Shown here one piece after another: positions 17,821 through 27,330 of a stretch of DNA of 64,000 nt. The position numbers and the translations under genes are program-made. The DNA is from Flavobacterium sp. (lineage in GTDB: Bacteria > Bacteroidota > Bacteroidia > Flavobacteriales > Flavobacteriaceae), in contig NZ_JBIKJL010000003.1 in the NCBI RefSeq assembly GCF_044361015.1, positions 44,037-108,036 on the forward strand. The letters are read 5' to 3'. The notes under the pieces were generated by a model that was not told where the DNA came from, made no database searches, and worked only from the letters and a program-made list of their open reading frames with translations. Position 1 is the first letter of the stretch, and each line of letters opens with the position of its first letter.

Positions 17821-19248
17821 TTATAAAGAAAGTTTTTTATGAATATCATCCACAAATTTTCTGAATTGCTTGTCTGTCGTAACTAAATTGTCTACTGTTT
17901 TGCAAGCATGTAAAACGGTAGCGTGGTCACGGTCGCCAATTTGCGAGCCTATGTTTGCTAAGGAAGCTTTGGTGAATTTTTTGGCAAAGAACATAGCTAA
18001 CTGTCTGGCCTGCACAACATGTCGTTTACGGGTTTTAGATTGTAATGTGTCTAAATCTAACTGGAAATAATCGGACACTACTTTTTGAATGTAATCGATA
18101 GAAATTTCGCGTTTGACATTTTTCACAAACTTCTCAACGACATTTTTTGCTAAATCTAATGTTACTTCTTTTTTATTGAAAGATGATTGAGCAATCAATG
18201 AAATAATGGCTCCTTCCAATTCCCTTACATTCGATTTGATATTTCTGGCAACATATTCAATAATTTCTTCCGGAATTTCTACACCGTCACGGTATAAAAT
18301 ATTTTTTAGAATGGAAATACGGGTTTCATAATCTGGTTGGTATAATTCGGCAGACAATCCCCATTTAAAACGCGACAATAAACGTTGTTCAATGTCCTGC
18401 ATATCAACAGGAGCTTTATCCGAGGTTAAAATAACCTGTTTGCCATTTTGGTGCAGGAAATTAAAAATATGGAAAAATACATCTTGAGTTCCTGATTTTC
18501 CGGAAAGAAATTGTACATCATCAATAATTAATACATCAATTAATTGATAAAAATGTATAAAATCGTTTCGTGTATTTTTCTTAACAGAGTCAATGTATTG
18601 TTGCGTAAAAACTTCTGCTGAAATATACAATACGGTTTTGTCAGGGTATTTATCTTTGATCTCAACACCGATAGCATGAGCCAAGTGGGTTTTTCCTAGA
18701 CCAACACCACCGAAAATTAAAAGCGGATTAAAAGAAGTACCTCCGGGTTTATTGGCCACAGCCATCCCTGCAGAACGAGCTAAACGGTTTGAATCTCCTT
18801 CCAAAAAATTATCAAAACTGTAATTTGCATTTAACTGTGATTCTATTTTAAGGTTTCTGATACCGGGAATCACAAATGGATTTTTAAGTTCAGGACTTAT
18901 GTTTTTTAATGGAGCGTCAACATCTTGTGGTTTGACCGGACTACGGTGAGCACTAGGCAGTTGTTCAGTAAACGGTTGTTTATTGCCATAAGTGTTTTCC
19001 ATTTTGATTTTATAGAGTAACTTTGCATTTTTCCCAAGTTCTTTAGTTAAGGCCACTTTGAGTAATTTCACATAGTGTTCTTCAAGCCATTCATAGAAAA
19101 ATTTGCTGGGTACTTGAATGTATAAAGCATTGTCTGTGAGTTCCACTGATCGAATAGGTTCGAACCAAGTTTTGTAAGCTTGCTCCTGAATATTGTCTTT
19201 TATAAAGGATAGACAGTTTTCCCATACCGATTCCGCAGTTTTACTCAT
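17821..19248 (-). CDS. dnaA: Chromosomal replication initiator DnaA
   Basis: FNPLLIFGGVGLGKTHL, LIIDDVQFL, RLLSRFKWGL, RDHATVLHAC. Confidence 0.98.
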   Translation of the reverse strand: MSKTAESVWENCLSFIKDNIQEQAYKTWFEPIRSVELTDNALYIQVPSKFFYEWLEEHYVKLLKVALTKELGKNAKLLYKIKMENTYGNKQPFTEQLPSAHRSPVKPQDVDAPLKNISPELKNPFVIPGIRNLKIESQLNANYSFDNFLEGDSNRLARSAGMAVANKPGGTSFNPLLIFGGVGLGKTHLAHAIGVEIKDKYPDKTVLYISAEVFTQQYIDSVKKNTRNDFIHFYQLIDVLIIDDVQFLSGKSGTQDVFFHIFNFLHQNGKQVILTSDKAPVDMQDIEQRLLSRFKWGLSAELYQPDYETRISILKNILYRDGVEIPEEIIEYVARNIKSNVRELEGAIISLIAQSSFNKKEVTLDLAKNVVEKFVKNVKREISIDYIQKVVSDYFQLDLDTLQSKTRKRHVVQARQLAMFFAKKFTKASLANIGSQIGDRDHATVLHACKTVDNLVTTDKQFRKFVDDIHKKLSL

Positions 19249-19445
19249 AAATTCTAAAAATAATATTGTTTATTAAAGGTTATCTTACAAAGAAATTAGG
19301 TCATTTCTTTATTAACTTTTGGGATAACAAATATGTGAACAAAAAAACTTAAAAAAAAATAAAATGCTATTGATTTTATAGAAAAAATGTTGTAAAGACG
19401 TTTTAAGGCTTCAAAAATATACTAAGAAAAAAATTACAGAAAAGT

Positions 19446-19862
19446 ATGAAAGAACATCAATTACAAGTCCGTGTTCGCTATTCGGAAACTGACCAAATGG
19501 GCGTAGTGTATCATGGTAACTATTTGCCTTATTTTGAAATAGGTAGGGTGGAATGGCTAAGGAATCATGGGATTTCTTATAAAAGCATGGAAGAGAGCGG
19601 GGTTGCACTTCCTATCGTTAATATTAATATAAGTTACAAAAAACCAGCACGTTATGATGACTTACTTACAGTCATTACCAAACTCAAAAAACAGAGTTCC
19701 GTAAAGATAGAATTTGAATGTAAAATTCAAAGTGAAAATAGGGAGTTATTAACAACAGCCGATTTTATTTTGGTCTTTGTTGACCTTAAAACTGGTAAAC
19801 CCATGTTGCCACCGTCAAATATAAAAGCGATTATTGACAGCATGGAATTATTGGAAAATTAA
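19446..19862 (+). CDS. Acyl-CoA thioesterase (YbgC/4HBT family)
   Basis: RVRYSETDQMGVVYHGNY..YFE.GR. Confidence 0.92.
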   Translation: MKEHQLQVRVRYSETDQMGVVYHGNYLPYFEIGRVEWLRNHGISYKSMEESGVALPIVNINISYKKPARYDDLLTVITKLKKQSSVKIEFECKIQSENRELLTTADFILVFVDLKTGKPMLPPSNIKAIIDSMELLEN

Positions 19863-20473
19863 TTTTCCTTTTTTATGGAAACTTCAAAAAGAGAAGAAAA
19901 AATGTCGAAAATCGTTTCGGCATTTTTTTTTCTCGTTGCTACTTTGATTTCGCAATTTAATTCCATTTTTTGAGAGACAATTTCCAGGTTTTTCTCTTTA
20001 ATGATTCGCATGACTTTGTTCATGTTTTTATAATCAAAAAAAATAGTATAATAAAGGTCAATGGTTTTTTCGATGATTTCAGCATTTTCCAAAGCCATTT
20101 GAGCAGTTGTTTTGTAGGCAGATATGAGTCCGCCTACACCTAATTTTACACCACCGAAATACCGAACTACCACTACCAATACATTAGTTACTTCAAAAGA
20201 TTGGATTTGTCCGTAAATTGGCATTCCTGCACTGTTAGTTGGTTCGCCATCATCATTGGCTCTGAAACTGATTTTTTCGGTACCCAATTGATAAGCATAG
20301 CACCAATGTCTAGCTGAAAAATGTATCTTTTTTAGATGTTCTAACTGTATTTTTACCTCTTCTTCATTGGTAATCGGGAAAGCATACCCGAAAAATTTAT
20401 TGTTTTTTTCTTTAAACAAGACTTCTTCTGAAGGGGTGAGGATTGTTTTGTATGTATCTTTTGAATCAGCCAT
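19859..20473 (-). CDS. YigZ/IMPACT family protein
   Basis: HWCYAY, DDGEP..SAG.P, VVVRYFGGVKLGVGGL..AY. Confidence 0.93.
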   Translation of the reverse strand: MADSKDTYKTILTPSEEVLFKEKNNKFFGYAFPITNEEEVKIQLEHLKKIHFSARHWCYAYQLGTEKISFRANDDGEPTNSAGMPIYGQIQSFEVTNVLVVVVRYFGGVKLGVGGLISAYKTTAQMALENAEIIEKTIDLYYTIFFDYKNMNKVMRIIKEKNLEIVSQKMELNCEIKVATRKKNAETIFDIFSSLFEVSIKKEN

Positions 20474-20478
20474 TGTTT

Positions 20479-21339
20479 TTAACTGGTTACTAAAAAGATA
20501 GCGGTGAGCGCCAATGCTATTCCAATTCCGTTTCGAAATGATATTTTTTCTTTGAAAAATACAATACCAACCAATGTTGAAACCATTACTATTGCCACAT
20601 TGTGAATGGTGAAAATGGTTGAACTTTCAAATACTTCACTGTCTAACATTTTGATTAAGAAATAGAGTGAAAAATAATTTGGTATACCTAATACAATACC
20701 TCCCAAAATACTTTTACCGGTTATTTTCATTTTATTTTTAATGATAGCGATTCCAATTAAAAAAACTCCAATCGTAAAAGCCATTAAAAAGGTGTGAGAA
20801 GAAAATAATGAAATTTCCTCAGTCGGAAGATAGTCATTCTGTAATACTTTCAAACTGGTATCAATCGCTCCGGCACCAAAAAAAACCAATATAGGGAAAA
20901 TCAAATTTTTGGAATCTGTTACAGCTCCTTCTTCCTTTTTAGCGGTGAAATAAACGGCAATTAAGGCTAAAATAACACCTAAAATTTTGGCTATTCCCAA
21001 TTCTTCGCCAAAAAGCCAAACGCCGAAAGAAATTGGAATAATGACAGACATTTTTGAGGCCACCGAGGCTACAGAAAGTCCGTTTCGTTGCGATGTAACC
21101 GCCGTGACATAAAATACGGAAATAAACAAAAAACCCAACATGAAACTGCCCGGATACCATGGTTTTTGAACTATTTCGGACAAGTTAAAGGATTGGTCAT
21201 AAAGTACTAAACCAATCACAAAAGCAGTAAAATAATTGACTACTAAGGCTTGTAGCGTATTGATATTAAAACGGGAAAACAGTTTTAGAATTACAAAAAG
21301 AACGGCGTTGAAAAGAACACTTAAAACAATATAAATCAC
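20479..21339 (-). CDS. EamA/DMT-family membrane transporter
   Basis: About 10 TM helices in two repeats, with KMSVIIP. Confidence 0.8.
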   Translation of the reverse strand: MIYIVLSVLFNAVLFVILKLFSRFNINTLQALVVNYFTAFVIGLVLYDQSFNLSEIVQKPWYPGSFMLGFLFISVFYVTAVTSQRNGLSVASVASKMSVIIPISFGVWLFGEELGIAKILGVILALIAVYFTAKKEEGAVTDSKNLIFPILVFFGAGAIDTSLKVLQNDYLPTEEISLFSSHTFLMAFTIGVFLIGIAIIKNKMKITGKSILGGIVLGIPNYFSLYFLIKMLDSEVFESSTIFTIHNVAIVMVSTLVGIVFFKEKISFRNGIGIALALTAIFLVTS

Positions 21340-21944
21340 AAGCTAATTATTTTTTTTGCGAATAAATCAGTTACCTCTTCTTCTCCAACTTGTAAATTCC
21401 AAACTTGAATACCTAAGGAAGCTGCTGCATCAGTGTTTTCTTTTCTATCGTCAATAAACAAAGTTCGTTTGGGTGATAATTCATGTTTATGCAATATGAA
21501 TTTAAAGACTTCTACATTAGGTTTACGAATTCCCATTTCATAGGAATAATATACCTTTTCGAAACAGTTGTAGAAATCCCGCGTAATCGACATTCCTTCT
21601 TTGTGTTCAAAGCGGTCAATGTGAATCATATCGGTATTAGTCAATAAAAACATACGGTATTTACCTTTTAAGCTCTGAAGGAATTCTAATCTTTTCAATG
21701 GAAAATCGCCCAAAACTGCATTCCATGCTTCTCGTATATCTTCAATTGAAGCGTTGGGTAAATGTTTTTGAAAGCCTTTAATAAATTCCAATTCCGTTGC
21801 TTTGCCCACTTCAAAACGCTTATTTAGTTCATCTAGATCAGCGTGCCATTCGGTTAAACCTAAATCACGGAAGGCTTTCTCTACAGCAGCTTTCTCTAAA
21901 TCAATAAATATGTTTCCGAAATCGAAAATGATAGCGTTAATCAT
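21336..21944 (-). CDS. HAD-family phosphatase
   Basis: IIFDFGNI, LLTNT, RKP, LFIDD. Confidence 0.9.
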   Translation of the reverse strand: MINAIIFDFGNIFIDLEKAAVEKAFRDLGLTEWHADLDELNKRFEVGKATELEFIKGFQKHLPNASIEDIREAWNAVLGDFPLKRLEFLQSLKGKYRMFLLTNTDMIHIDRFEHKEGMSITRDFYNCFEKVYYSYEMGIRKPNVEVFKFILHKHELSPKRTLFIDDRKENTDAAASLGIQVWNLQVGEEEVTDLFAKKIISL

Positions 21945-22977
21945 GGCTTTTAATGATTATAAGTTCGTCATTTATGCTTTTTTGTTTTACTACAATTTCA
22001 CCTTTCAGGATTGGGGCTTTAGTTCCTTGATGTACTATGATGTTTCCTTTAAAAATGCGAGCTTCATCCCATAAATTATTGTCGATAAAAGATTGTAAGG
22101 TTTGAAGTCCTCCTTCTATAATGACTGATTGAATTTGGTATTGATAAAGCAAATTACTCATTTTTTCAGGAAGTTGCTCTCCAAAGATAAGATTTTCATA
22201 AATACAATTTTCATCTTTTGTTAAAATTTCCTGTTCTGTTAAGATGATTGTTTTTTGATTTCCTTTTTTTACGACATAATCCTCCGAAATTTTTCCGCAG
22301 CGGTCTAAAATAATTCGAATTGGATTTTTTCCAAACCAATCCCGAGCATTTAATTGGGGGTTATCGTCTAAAACAGTTTTGGTTCCAACTAGTATTGCTT
22401 GTTCTTCCGTTCTCCATTTGTGAACCAATTGTCGTGAATACACATTGGTTACCCAAAACGGTTTTTGCTCTTTTTTATTCAATGGCGAAAGAAAACCATC
22501 GACACTTTCGGCCCATTTTAAAATGATATACGGACGTTTTTTGGTGTGAAAAGTAAAAAAACGTTTATTCAATTCCCGACATTCTTTTTCTAAAACACCA
22601 ACCTTAACTTTAATGCCTGCTTTTTGAAGTTTTTCAATGCCTTTACCGGCTACTTTATCATTAGGATCAACAGTTCCGACAATTACTGTTGGTATTTTAT
22701 GTTGGATAATTAAGTCACTGCAAGGTGGGGTTTTTCCAAAATGACTGCATGGTTCCAAGCTCACATAGATAGTTGATTTGGTTAGCAGAGATTTATTTTT
22801 TACGGAATTTATTGCGTTGACTTCTGCATGTGGTTCCCCTGCTTTTTGATGCCAACCTTCCCCTATTATCTTTCCCCTATGCACAATTACGCTTCCAACC
22901 ATTGGATTAGGATAAGTAGAACCCAACCCATTTTGAGCTAATTCGAGGCAACGTTGGATGTAAATTTCATGACACAT
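21937..22977 (-). CDS. ribD: Riboflavin biosynthesis deaminase/reductase RibD
   Basis: PNPMVG, HAE, LEPCSHFGKTPPC, LKWAES.DG, IEGG. Confidence 0.97.
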   Translation of the reverse strand: MCHEIYIQRCLELAQNGLGSTYPNPMVGSVIVHRGKIIGEGWHQKAGEPHAEVNAINSVKNKSLLTKSTIYVSLEPCSHFGKTPPCSDLIIQHKIPTVIVGTVDPNDKVAGKGIEKLQKAGIKVKVGVLEKECRELNKRFFTFHTKKRPYIILKWAESVDGFLSPLNKKEQKPFWVTNVYSRQLVHKWRTEEQAILVGTKTVLDDNPQLNARDWFGKNPIRIILDRCGKISEDYVVKKGNQKTIILTEQEILTKDENCIYENLIFGEQLPEKMSNLLYQYQIQSVIIEGGLQTLQSFIDNNLWDEARIFKGNIIVHQGTKAPILKGEIVVKQKSINDELIIIKSHD

Positions 22978-23057
22978 GGTAAGACAAAATTACGCTTTTT
23001 GACTAATAAAGTTGAAATAGTTTTACTTTTACAGTTTTTAAATAGCTATCAATTTGT

Positions 23058-23537
23058 ATGATAATCATTCGACCAATACTTTATACTGATAACCAAGCTA
23101 TAGCAGCTGTTATCCGTTCCGTTTTAATTGAACACAATGTTCCAAAAGTAGGAACGGCTTATGCAGATGTTTCTTTAGACGCTATGTTTGAAACGTACAA
23201 TATCCCCGGAAGTTCTTATTTTGTTGTAGAACATGATGGTAAAATTACAGGTGGAGCCGGAGTGAGTCAGTTAGCAAATGAAGCAGAAACTATTTGTGAG
23301 TTACAAAAAATGTATTTTTTACCGGAAGCTCGTGGGCTAGGATTAGGTTCGCAAATGATAGAGAAGTGTTTGCAAGCAGCAATCTCTTTTAAGTATGAAA
23401 AATGTTATCTCGAAACTATGCCCTATATGGAAGATGCTCAGAAATTGTATAAAAAATTTGGTTTTCAATATATCGATGCTCCTATGGGTTGCACCGGCCA
23501 TACATCGTGTCCGGTTTGGATGTTAAAAGACTTGTAA
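23058..23537 (+). CDS. GNAT N-acetyltransferase (YjgM-like)
   Basis: CELQKMYFLPEARGLGLG, CYLET, A.KLY.KFGF. Confidence 0.9.
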   Translation: MIIIRPILYTDNQAIAAVIRSVLIEHNVPKVGTAYADVSLDAMFETYNIPGSSYFVVEHDGKITGGAGVSQLANEAETICELQKMYFLPEARGLGLGSQMIEKCLQAAISFKYEKCYLETMPYMEDAQKLYKKFGFQYIDAPMGCTGHTSCPVWMLKDL

Positions 23538-23546
23538 TTATATTCA

Positions 23547-24398
23547 ATGGAAGTAAAAAAATACAAATCCTTTTTTCAAAACGAACTATCGCCCTTTTTT
23601 GATGTGATGGAGATTGATCAGTTTTTCTATTTAACCCTAGAAAAGAGGCATCAATTGAAGCGTCTTGACTTGGCTTTGAATCCAAATTTTGAAATCACTG
23701 TTGAAGAAGAACAGTATTGGGATTCCGTTTTAAGCCAACTGAAAATGCAAAAACCCATTCAATACATTTTAGGAGAAACCTCTTTTTATGGGTTAACTTT
23801 TCAGGTAAATGAGCATACTTTGATTCCGCGACCGGAAACAGAAGAATTGGTGCAATGGATTCTTGAAACTTATCCAACCAATTCACAAATCAGCCTTTTG
23901 GATATAGGAACAGGAACCGGTTGCATTCCGATTACATTGAAAAAAAAATTACCAAAAGTAACTGTTTTTGCCTTGGATGTTTCGGAGAAAGCTTTAGAAG
24001 TTGCCACTAAAAACGCTTCAATGAATCAAGTTGATGTAACTTTTCTTCAAAATGATATTTTAGCAACCACAATGTTGGAGCAGCAATTTGACGTAATTGT
24101 TTCGAATCCGCCTTATGTTCGGGAGCTTGAAAAAAAGGAAATAAATACCAACGTTTTAAAATTTGAACCCCACTTGGCTTTATTTGTTGCAGATAATGAT
24201 GCTTTGTTGTTTTATCGAAAAATCGCTCAGTTGGCTCAAGAATATTTACAGCCTAACGGACAATTGTTTTTTGAAATTAATCAGTATTTAGGGACTGAAA
24301 TGATTGCATTAATAGCTTCTTATGGTTTTACAGAAATAGAACTTCGACAGGATGTTTATGGAAATGACCGAATGCTCAGAGCGGTAAAAAGTTTTTAG
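23547..24398 (+). CDS. prmC: Release-factor glutamine methyltransferase PrmC
   Basis: PIQYILG, LIPRPETEEL, LDIGTGTGCI, VSNPPY. Confidence 0.96.
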   Translation: MEVKKYKSFFQNELSPFFDVMEIDQFFYLTLEKRHQLKRLDLALNPNFEITVEEEQYWDSVLSQLKMQKPIQYILGETSFYGLTFQVNEHTLIPRPETEELVQWILETYPTNSQISLLDIGTGTGCIPITLKKKLPKVTVFALDVSEKALEVATKNASMNQVDVTFLQNDILATTMLEQQFDVIVSNPPYVRELEKKEINTNVLKFEPHLALFVADNDALLFYRKIAQLAQEYLQPNGQLFFEINQYLGTEMIALIASYGFTEIELRQDVYGNDRMLRAVKSF

Positions 24399-24413
24399 AA
24401 AAAGGAAAAATTA

Positions 24414-25661
24414 TTATTCGTAGCGTAATGCTTCAATCGGGTCTAGTTTTGCCGCTTTTATAGCCGGATATAAACCGGAAACAACTGCAACTAAAAAGCT
24501 GGTAATCACCGCGGCAATGATTGCCATCCATGGAATAATAAAATCAAATTCGAGTAAGGCTGCAAAAGCTGAGCCAATTGAAATACCTAAAATAATACCA
24601 AGAATCCCACCTAATTGGCCAATTACAATTGTTTCGGTAAAAAACTGAAAAGCAATCGTACTTTTTTTAGCTCCCAACGCTTTTCGTACACCAATTTCTC
24701 TGGTTCGTTCTGTCACGGAAACCAACATAATATTCATTAAAGCAATAGAGGAACCAAATATGGTAATTACCCCAATTATCCACGCCGAAATTCCTAAAAC
24801 AGAAGTTAACGATAGAATTTGATTGATTAATTCGTCACTTCGAACAATTCCAAAATTATTATCCTGAACCGGATTTTGTTTTCGAACTTTTCGCATCGTA
24901 ATGATTGCGTTGTCTATGGCAGCATCCAATAACTCTTTTTTGTCTACTAAAACACTAAGGTTATAATTAATATTGGGTTGTGTAAATAGTGAACGAGCTA
25001 CCTGAATTGGAATCATTACCCTTAAATCCTGACTATTACCAAAGGTTGAACCTTTTTCTTTAAGTATTCCAATGACTTTAAATTTGGCCCCGCGAATAGA
25101 AATGATTTTATCAATAGGATTCACATCTTTTAAAAGGCCATTTTCAAAATCGGAGCCCACTACACAAACAAAATTGTTATTTTCAATATCGAAACCGGTA
25201 AAGTTTCTACCATCGGCTAATTCCAATCCTGAATTGGTTAAAAAGTAATCATCAACACCTAGTACTGTAATTTCAGGGTCAGTTTTTTTATTTTCAAATT
25301 TTACTTCGGCAGCAGCAGTAGCGGTAAATGACAAAGAGGCATGGGTGAAAGGATAATTATATTTTTCTTGAAATCCTTTTGCTTCCGGATAGGAAATAAT
25401 CGGGTTGATGATTTCGCGTTCTTGCCTGCTACCATTTCCCACACGAACTTCCAGTTCATATTGTCTTATGGTAAAGGTATTGGCTCCCATCGATGCAAAA
25501 TTGGTTGACAGGGTATTTTCAAGAGCTGATACTACCGTTAAAATACTTACCAGAGCAGTAATTCCTATTGCAATAATTACAATCGTCAGGATAGTACGAA
25601 GCAACTGTGTTTTAATAGAACCCAGTGCAATTTTGATATTTTCTTTAACTAATCGAGCCAT
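24414..25661 (-). CDS. MacB/FtsX-like ABC transporter permease
   Basis: LRTILTI..IAIGI, MNIMLVSVTERTREIGVRKALGA, PA.KAAKLDPIEALRYE. Confidence 0.92.
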   Translation of the reverse strand: MARLVKENIKIALGSIKTQLLRTILTIVIIAIGITALVSILTVVSALENTLSTNFASMGANTFTIRQYELEVRVGNGSRQEREIINPIISYPEAKGFQEKYNYPFTHASLSFTATAAAEVKFENKKTDPEITVLGVDDYFLTNSGLELADGRNFTGFDIENNNFVCVVGSDFENGLLKDVNPIDKIISIRGAKFKVIGILKEKGSTFGNSQDLRVMIPIQVARSLFTQPNINYNLSVLVDKKELLDAAIDNAIITMRKVRKQNPVQDNNFGIVRSDELINQILSLTSVLGISAWIIGVITIFGSSIALMNIMLVSVTERTREIGVRKALGAKKSTIAFQFFTETIVIGQLGGILGIILGISIGSAFAALLEFDFIIPWMAIIAAVITSFLVAVVSGLYPAIKAAKLDPIEALRYE

Positions 25662-25742
25662 ATGCTTAATTTGACACGAAATTACAATAATTGTTACAAG
25701 GTTTCTTTATTTTCTTTAAAAAGTAAGATATTTGCACAAGGA

Positions 25743-25803
25743 AATGACAGTGGCAAAAATCAATTACAATGACAAAAGGCAATGACACTATCAAAAATCA
25801 ATT
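25743..25803 (+). repeat. Short 23-bp imperfect direct repeat upstream of hisS
   Basis: AATGACAGTGGCAAAAATCAATT (25743) and AATGACACTATCAAAAATCAATT (25781), with a third AATGACA at 25768. Confidence 0.6.
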
Positions 25804-25839
25804 GTAAAACCATTTTCAAAATTATATTAAAAAACAATA

Positions 25840-27207
25840 ATGGCACAAAAACCGAGTATTCCTAAAGGAACCAGAGATTTTTCACCGGCGGAGGTCGCAA
25901 AACGAAACTACATCAGTTCTATTATGAAGCATCATTTTGAGGTGTTTGGTTTTCAGCCAATTGAAACACCTTCGTTTGAAAATTCAGAAACGTTGATGGG
26001 AAAATATGGGGAAGAAGGCGATCGATTGATTTTTAAGATTTTGAATTCGGGAGATTATTTAGATAAAGTTGGTTCCGATGAATTGAATGTTATCGATTAT
26101 AAAAAACTTTCCGGTAAAATTTCTGAAAAAGCCCTTCGTTACGACCTAACCGTTCCTTTTGCCCGTTATGTTGTGCAACACCAAAATGAAATTGAGTTTC
26201 CGTTTAAACGATATCAAATTCAACCCGTATGGCGTGCTGACCGTCCGCAAAAAGGCCGATTCAGAGAGTTTTACCAATGCGATGCCGATGTTATAGGTTC
26301 CACTTCGTTGTGGCAAGAAGTGGAGTTGGTTCAATTGTATGATGCGGTTTTTACGCAATTAGGTTTAGGCGGAGTAACCATCAAAATCAATAACCGAAAA
26401 ATTTTGTCAGGTATTGCGGAAGTAATTGGAGCGAAAGATAAATTAATTGATTTTACTGTTGCTTTAGACAAATTAGATAAAATAGGTGATGACGGGGTGA
26501 AAAAAGAAATGCTTGATAAAGGAATTTCGGAATCCGCCATCGAAAAAGTGCAACCTTTGTTTCAGTTTAACGGAACAGTTGCAGAGAAAATTGAAAAGTT
26601 AAATGTGTTAATATCTTCATCCGAAGAAGGAAAAAAAGGAGTATCCGAGCTGCAATTTATTTGCGAAACCGTTGAAAAATTAGGTTTGCAATCTGCACTG
26701 ATTGATTTGGATGTCACGTTAGCCAGAGGATTAAATTATTACACCGGAGCCATTTTTGAAGTTGTAGCTCCACAAGTTGCGATGGGTTCTATTGGTGGAG
26801 GCGGTCGGTATGATGATTTGACTGGAATTTTTGGATTGAAAAACATGAGTGGGGTTGGAATATCCTTTGGATTAGACCGAATTTATTTGGTTTTAGAAGA
26901 ATTAGGTTTGTTTCCTGATACGGTTTCGGCAACTACAAAAGCGTTGTTTATCAATTACGGAAAACATGAAAGTTTGTATGCGATGGAAGCTATTTCCAAA
27001 TTGCGTCGGGCAGGCATTAAGGTGGAATTATATCCGGATGCCGCCAAAATAGCCAAACAATTTCAATATGCGGATAAACGCGGCATTCCTTTTGCTGTTA
27101 TTGCCGGTCAATCAGAATTGGATCGAATGGAATTTGGACTCAAAAACTTGCAAACCGGAGCGCAAACTGCTTTAGATTTTGAGGAATTGAAAGAGGTATT
27201 AAAATAG
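25840..27207 (+). CDS. hisS: Histidine-tRNA ligase
   Basis: [51 protein letters not shown]. Confidence 0.97.
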   Translation: MAQKPSIPKGTRDFSPAEVAKRNYISSIMKHHFEVFGFQPIETPSFENSETLMGKYGEEGDRLIFKILNSGDYLDKVGSDELNVIDYKKLSGKISEKALRYDLTVPFARYVVQHQNEIEFPFKRYQIQPVWRADRPQKGRFREFYQCDADVIGSTSLWQEVELVQLYDAVFTQLGLGGVTIKINNRKILSGIAEVIGAKDKLIDFTVALDKLDKIGDDGVKKEMLDKGISESAIEKVQPLFQFNGTVAEKIEKLNVLISSSEEGKKGVSELQFICETVEKLGLQSALIDLDVTLARGLNYYTGAIFEVVAPQVAMGSIGGGGRYDDLTGIFGLKNMSGVGISFGLDRIYLVLEELGLFPDTVSATTKALFINYGKHESLYAMEAISKLRRAGIKVELYPDAAKIAKQFQYADKRGIPFAVIAGQSELDRMEFGLKNLQTGAQTALDFEELKEVLK

Positions 27208-27330
27208 CTTGAATTTTATATATTTTTTTGAATTCATTTAATTTTATTTAAAGCAATGGTTGTCAAAAAAAGTATTGTTTTGAATCGATACACTAATAAT
27301 ATAGATTTTCCAATTCATAAAAACCATTTC

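Noticed and set aside
19249-19445. Possible oriC next to dnaA
   Set aside because: Only degenerate boxes are present (TTGGGATAA at 19319, TGTGAACAA at 19334) and there is no clear box array or unwinding-element repeats. At most this supports autoregulation.
27256-27330. N-terminal 25 codons of the pta ORF in the track
   Set aside because: Pta-like sequence begins at GTG 27331 (VNKGLYIAT), so the upstream part is probably untranslated leader.
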